This document shows, in pieces, positions 53,098-64,000 of a stretch of DNA of 64,000 nucleotides. Both the position numbers and the translations under genes were made by a program. The notes beneath the pieces were generated by a model. The model did no database searches, was not told where the DNA came from, and worked only from the letters and a program-made list of their open reading frames with translations. Location: positions 256,006 through 320,005 of the forward strand of contig NW_019218081.1 of the NCBI RefSeq assembly GCF_002571385.2, in the 5' to 3' direction. The DNA comes from Stylophora pistillata (Eukaryota). Each line of letters starts with the position of its first letter. Within the stretch, counting starts at the first letter, position 1.

Positions 53098-56000
53098 CTA
53101 TCTGCTTGAGGAGGGTCCTTCTCTTGGTGACTCAGGATCAACCTGCATTCTGTGGTGTTCATCTGATGGTGATGTGCCACTTGATGTGATGGTTAACAAA
53201 TCACTAAAGTCCATTCCTGTTCCTTCTTTTTCCTAAAAAGAAAACCAGACCTATTAGTTTTAGAAATACAATAAAAACAAAGACACGTATTTGATAATTA
53301 TATTCCTTGTCATAAAAATAATAACAGTCATCATCATTATCATCATCGCCATCATTGCATAATTTATGAAAATTTCTTTGACATTCACATTTTTAGTGCT
53401 TTCACTCCCATGATTTTATTATGAATTCTCCTTACTTGTCTGCTTTACGATTCTCATGATGTTGGTTTGGGGAATTTAGCATTGGATCCACTGATAATTG
53501 CCTAATTGATATTTTTCACCACTTGCCTGCTTGATACTGTCTTGACACTGTAATCTGGAGAAATTTTGTCTCGGTCACTCATAGGAGTTTAATTAAGGGT
53601 TAAGCTCTTACGTTGTTCTGCAACAAGTGCCTCTCTATTGTCAGAATAACGTAAGTGTCTGTTATCAGTGAGAATAACATATGTAGACAGACTGGTTAAC
53701 AGCATGGTATACAAGACACTCACGGATTTATATTCTAAGAACATTTCTTTGAAGGTCAAGAAGTCTGTAAAGCTCATTAGCATTTCAAAAATGTCTCCTC
53801 CAATTTGGTCCTGGCGGCTTCTGCAAGTAGAGCAAGAAAACAAATCAGTGTGCATGAGATAAAAAGATCCTGTTATGCTCTCAGTTGATTTCATTTTTAC
53901 TTATGAAAAAAAGCACCATGTCTACATTTCTTTTTCTGAACATGCATGTGTCTTCTTCTAAAATGAAATCCCTCTTCCACTCAATGAAAATTGTTCTTGA
54001 TATGTACTTAGATTAAACTGAGGTTGACAACTTACTCTAGAGACTTTGAAAACTCTTCCATGGAGAAACCTGATATTCTTTTTTTAAGCTCTTCTTCGAT
54101 GTAATTTTCCACTAGGGAAACCTGAGATACAAACAAGTAAACAAAAATACAGAAACTACAATATGATGGTAATGTGCACTACTAGAAAAGTCCATGGGAT
54201 TAACCATTTAATTTTTATGGATGGAGAGGGTAGGGAGGGTGTGTTTCTGGAATGACAAACTCAGAACAACAACAACAACAACAACAACAACAAAACAGAG
54301 ATGAAACAAATTCCCAAAACAAAAAGTTTAGTCCCTCAGCCACAATAAAAAAGACAATTTAACCCTTAAACACCCATGAGTGACCAAGACAGAATTTCTC
54401 CTTACAATATCAATACAATGTTAAGTAGACAAGTGAGGAGAATAAACAAAAATATCAGTTAGGCTACTACATCATAAGGATTGTATGACAGACAGCGGGG
54501 AGAATTACTAATGAGATCTTGGGAGTGGAAGAGTTGAATACATGGCCAATAGTAGAGTTGAATGCCATTCAATAAACACCAGCCTCCAGAGCTCAACACC
54601 AACTCTTCAACTTACTAGCCTGGACTAGTGGAAATAAAAAATCACTAGCCAAAACTGAATTTCTACTAGTCTGTGGCTAGTTGGCTACTGTTGGCCTCTC
54701 TAATTATTATGTCAACATAGTTCTTACATACAACAGCTAGCTTTCCTTTAGCCTTGAAGAGTCAAGACCTACACCAGACTACTCACATATTCCTTGAATA
54801 TATCCATGTATATAAGCTTGTTTTCTTCTTCATCTGTAAAGTGTTGGTAGTACTTCTCTTTGAAGTCATGCTGCATTGACTGAAATTTTTCCTCTGCAAA
54901 AAAAAAAAAAACAAAAACAAATACATACATGTGAAGCCAGGAATGAATCCATCGTTGATCCTTTCTCTCAGTTTCCTCCTGACTATTAGATCTGAGAATT
55001 TAGCATTGAACTAAACAATTTCTCCAATTTTATATTTCTCTAAAGTGTCATTCTCATGTCTACTTGACATTGTGTACATGTATTGCTTGATCTTGCAAGG
55101 AGGATTACCCATTGGCCATCCTTTTGAGTGAAAAGGGTACAAGGAGCTTGCTTGTGGACAGACATCACAAGATCAGGGTAAACCCTTTCACTGTCGGAAA
55201 TGATAAACATGAATACTACAGTCTCCTTCCATAAAGAGATATTTTTATGGTTCATGAGTTAGAAGCTTATTCTAGAATCTTCCGATGCAAGTTTTTAAGC
55301 AGCAGTCAGCATTATTTCCTTAAATCCCCTTCATATTAAGTAATCTGCTCCAAGGCCTTACTTTTCATAGCTTGCAACCCTCCCACCCTAATTAGACTAC
55401 CCTACATACTCATTATCTAGGGCTTGACACTAACGGTAGCCCAGTAGCCACACACTAGTAGAAATTCAGGTTTGGCTAGTGGTTTTCGATTTCCACTAGG
55501 CAGTTTGGATAGTAAACAAAGTGAAATTGTCGTAACATCTATAATGCCACCAGCCACTTGGCTAATAAGTTGAAAAGTTAATTAGTGTCAAGCCCGGATT
55601 AACTTTCAGAACTTACCCATAATTATATCTTCTATGTGACCAACAGTTGTATCAAACTTTTTATCTGAGCGACTGGACCTGGTGTTACAAACGAAATATT
55701 ACAAGAAACAATTTGCTTGGTCCGTCACATTTGATTATAAAATCTTTCATAAGTGTGTTTGTGATTCTATAGTTTGGATAAGAAAAGGTGAAATAAATTG
55801 CAATCAAACAATGGATGAATGGTGACTAAAATAATCAATGCAAACTGCAAAGAAAAGCCAAAAACAGAATTCAGACTTACACAGGATTTAAACCTGTGCC
55901 TGCCTGATACCAGGCAAGTGTGATTATATTCTGGGTTGGAAAAATGCTGATTTGTAAAATTTTTACCTTGCAGTGAAATACAAAACAGAGTTACAGAGAT

Positions 56001-57515
56001 GCTGCTTTACTTAAAATATATTCCTACTCATGAAAAATCACCAGGCCCCAGTTGTTCAAAGGGTGGATACCAGTAATGCTATTCAAGAGATAAATCTTTA
56101 TCCAGTGGATAGAGCAGCATGTTTTGTTAACACTTTTCTGCTGGAGAGCAACTTATGCTTTGGTTAGAGGTATGGACCTTTTGAACATCTGGGCCCTGAC
56201 AAGTGTACAGGAGTGAAACAAAGAAATGACGGAATACTAATTTTTTAAGATTTGGTTTACACTTAAAACATTGTCAAGACTTCAAGTTAGCCACCTACTA
56301 TTGACTAACACTAAATTTTGGTTGCCAACAGTCAACTTCCAGTTGCATTGGCAACCAGCTGGTCGCAACTTTGAACTCTGATACTAAATGAGTAAGCGAC
56401 AGTGTAACCGCATTTATTATCCAACTACACTAAGACGAGTACAAATAATGCCATAGACGAGTACAAATATCATGCGGTATTTGTACTTGTCTATTGTAGA
56501 GTACCNNNNNNNNNNNNNNNNNNNNNNNNNNNNNNNNNNNNNNNNNNNNNNNNNNNNNNNNNNNNNNNNNNNNNNNNNNNNNNNNNNNNNNNNNNNNNNN
56601 NNNNNNNNNNNNNNNNNNNNNNNNNNNNNNNNNNNNNTGTATTTTGACGAGCCCTACGGGCTCAATACGGCACAATACGGCACAATACGGCACAACTCAA
56701 TACGGCACAACTCATAAAAATACTCAGTGATACTACACAACAAAATGTCTAATAAGATATATATACAAAGTGCCCAATATAATATTCTTAAAATGTTGAT
56801 TTCATTGAGTGAAAACAAAACCCAAAACGGCACAAGCTGCTGACATAGGAACAAAAGAATATGACGGCAGTTAATGTATGGCGGTTGGCCACAAAAGGAT
56901 CTGTTACTCAGACTTGCCATTGGACTTCCACATATGTAAGATTATACTTAAACTAATTATACACAATAACATTCACTTCCAAATTAAATGTTGCCTTTAA
57001 AGTTAGTGATAGAACAAAGCACATCTACTCTTGTATGGTACACCTTTTTAGATTACTCAGTACATTACACTTTACATTGCTAGGAGTCATAGCAATGCTC
57101 GCGGAAAGACTCAATACAGAACGTAAGCGACCTACGGTTCTCTTTCGTAAAGAAGATCTAACCATAAATTACGAATTTAATTTCATCACTTCCTCTGTTG
57201 ATTATTTTCATTTTACAGACCACGAATTTTTACGTTAGAATTGTTCAATATCATGCAAAATCACGCTAGTTAGGATCTGTCAAACTTGTGCAACAAGTCT
57301 CTTGTAAACTGGTGACCTGAGAATCATACAAAGCTTATAAACGACTATCGATCACTAAAACTGGATGTAAAAGTATATTAGAAATTATTACCTTCCTGTT
57401 GCCAAATCCTCGTCTAATTCAAGCTGCTTAAAATCTAAACAAGAAGAAAAACAATTTTCAACTGGCGAAAACACATCAGAAACAAAGCAACGTTATTTCA
57501 AACCTTACCCGCCAT
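53098..57515 (-). CDS. ARL2BP: ARL2-binding protein (BART), about 7 exons
   Basis: DKKFDTTVGHIEDIIM, EENKLIYMDIFKEY, GDIFEMLMSFTDFLTFKEMFLEYK, EKEG; 7-nt first coding exon ATGGCGG|GTAAGG. Confidence 0.92.
54264..54292. repeat. (AAC)n microsatellite
   Basis: Direct reading of the sequence. Confidence 0.9.
55418..55597. mobile_element. Short MITE with GGGCTTGACACTAA TIRs; related partial copy near 54587-54695
   Basis: GGGCTTGACACTAAC...ATTAGTGTCAAGCCC; flanks ATTATC / ATTAAC may be a decayed 6-bp TSD. Confidence 0.6.
56506..56637. other. Assembly gap (N run) in an ARL2BP intron, next to short AATACGGCAC repeats
   Basis: Run of n characters. Confidence 1.
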
Positions 57516-57832
57516 ATTGGAAAACAACAGTCACCATGGTGCAAACCGCTGACAGTAAGCTTTGGCGTTAGTGTCAACACTCAACAGGTCGACAGCAGGT
57601 CAAGATTTAACCGAAAACTCTTAACCAAAAAATCCTTTCGAAATATACTTTCTGCAGCGCTACAGATAGATAGAGAGTAATTTTTGATTGACACAGATCA
57701 TTATGATAAGAATTTTAATAGACTTATTGCCCTCAGTCGGGCTACGATTGAATGCATCTTACACAACCTAATTCCTTCAGGGCAGCAGCTGGGGGTCCCA
57801 ACCTCTCTCGACCTTCCTTCTCTCATGCAAAT
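57516..57832. promoter_or_regulatory. Putative bidirectional promoter (ARL2BP / RNMT)
   Basis: Divergent ATGs 317 bp apart, both in AATATGGCGG (YY1-like/Kozak) context. Confidence 0.6.
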
Positions 57833-63538
<5,706 letters not shown>

Positions 63539-64000
63539 TAGGTGTCTTCTTGGTGGTGGTCTTAGAGATTTAAAAATAACAATCATCTTTTATAAGTTGT
63601 GTTTTTCCTTACACAATGAGCCAATGTACGCATTTTGTTTGGTCCTTATTTCTAATCTATCTAAGGACAGATGCTTAGATAACGTCACTGTCAATGATAT
63701 TTTGCTCTGTCATCACATCAAAGAAATAGATTCTATTTTGTCATGCATCTGTTCAGTAATTGATCACAGATGATGCCAAAATATGTTAAGAACATCAATG
63801 ACACTCTCAGCTGTCCCTCATGTACCACTTTTTTGTTTTTATTGTGTTTTGGTGTGATTTATGATCTATAACTGTGCAGACCCATGGCAACATGGAATCT
63901 ATTTTTTTGATATGATGACAAAGCAAAATGTTTAAAATGACATCATACATGTATGTCCTCCAGTAGATTATAAATAAGAACCAATCAAAGTATTTCTATA

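Overview
Gene-dense, intron-rich animal genomic DNA. Gene content and the SINE/Penelope/MITE repertoire suggest a cnidarian, probably a stony coral (inference, not proven). Order of genes: ATP2C1/SPCA first coding exon (-, runs off the left edge); intronless arylsulfatase B-like (-); C20orf96-like coiled-coil gene (+, with an in-frame TGA in exon 1); COX4 (+); DECR1 (-); a DED-NACHT-LRR NLR (+); a tail-to-tail pair of compact single-exon class A GPCRs (one disrupted, one intact); a P4HTM-like EF-hand prolyl 4-hydroxylase (+); a single-ORF ankyrin-repeat + cGAS-like (Mab-21 fold) nucleotidyltransferase (+); ARL2BP (-); and RNMT (+, runs off the right edge). The strongest candidate for a novel system is the ANK-cGLR fusion, which has an intact catalytic triad and an acidic linker carrying DxxD sites, about 22 kb from the DED-NLR. 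Other highlights are Penelope-type minimal hammerhead ribozyme motifs (one with a compensatory U3:A8 core in a putative 3' UTR), an IS3EU-like deletion derivative with a 6-bp TSD, CAGGG-ended MITEs with 5-bp TSDs, and a SINE that shares its 3' tail with a LINE in the same window. Exon boundaries were read by eye and are approximate; no database searches were run.
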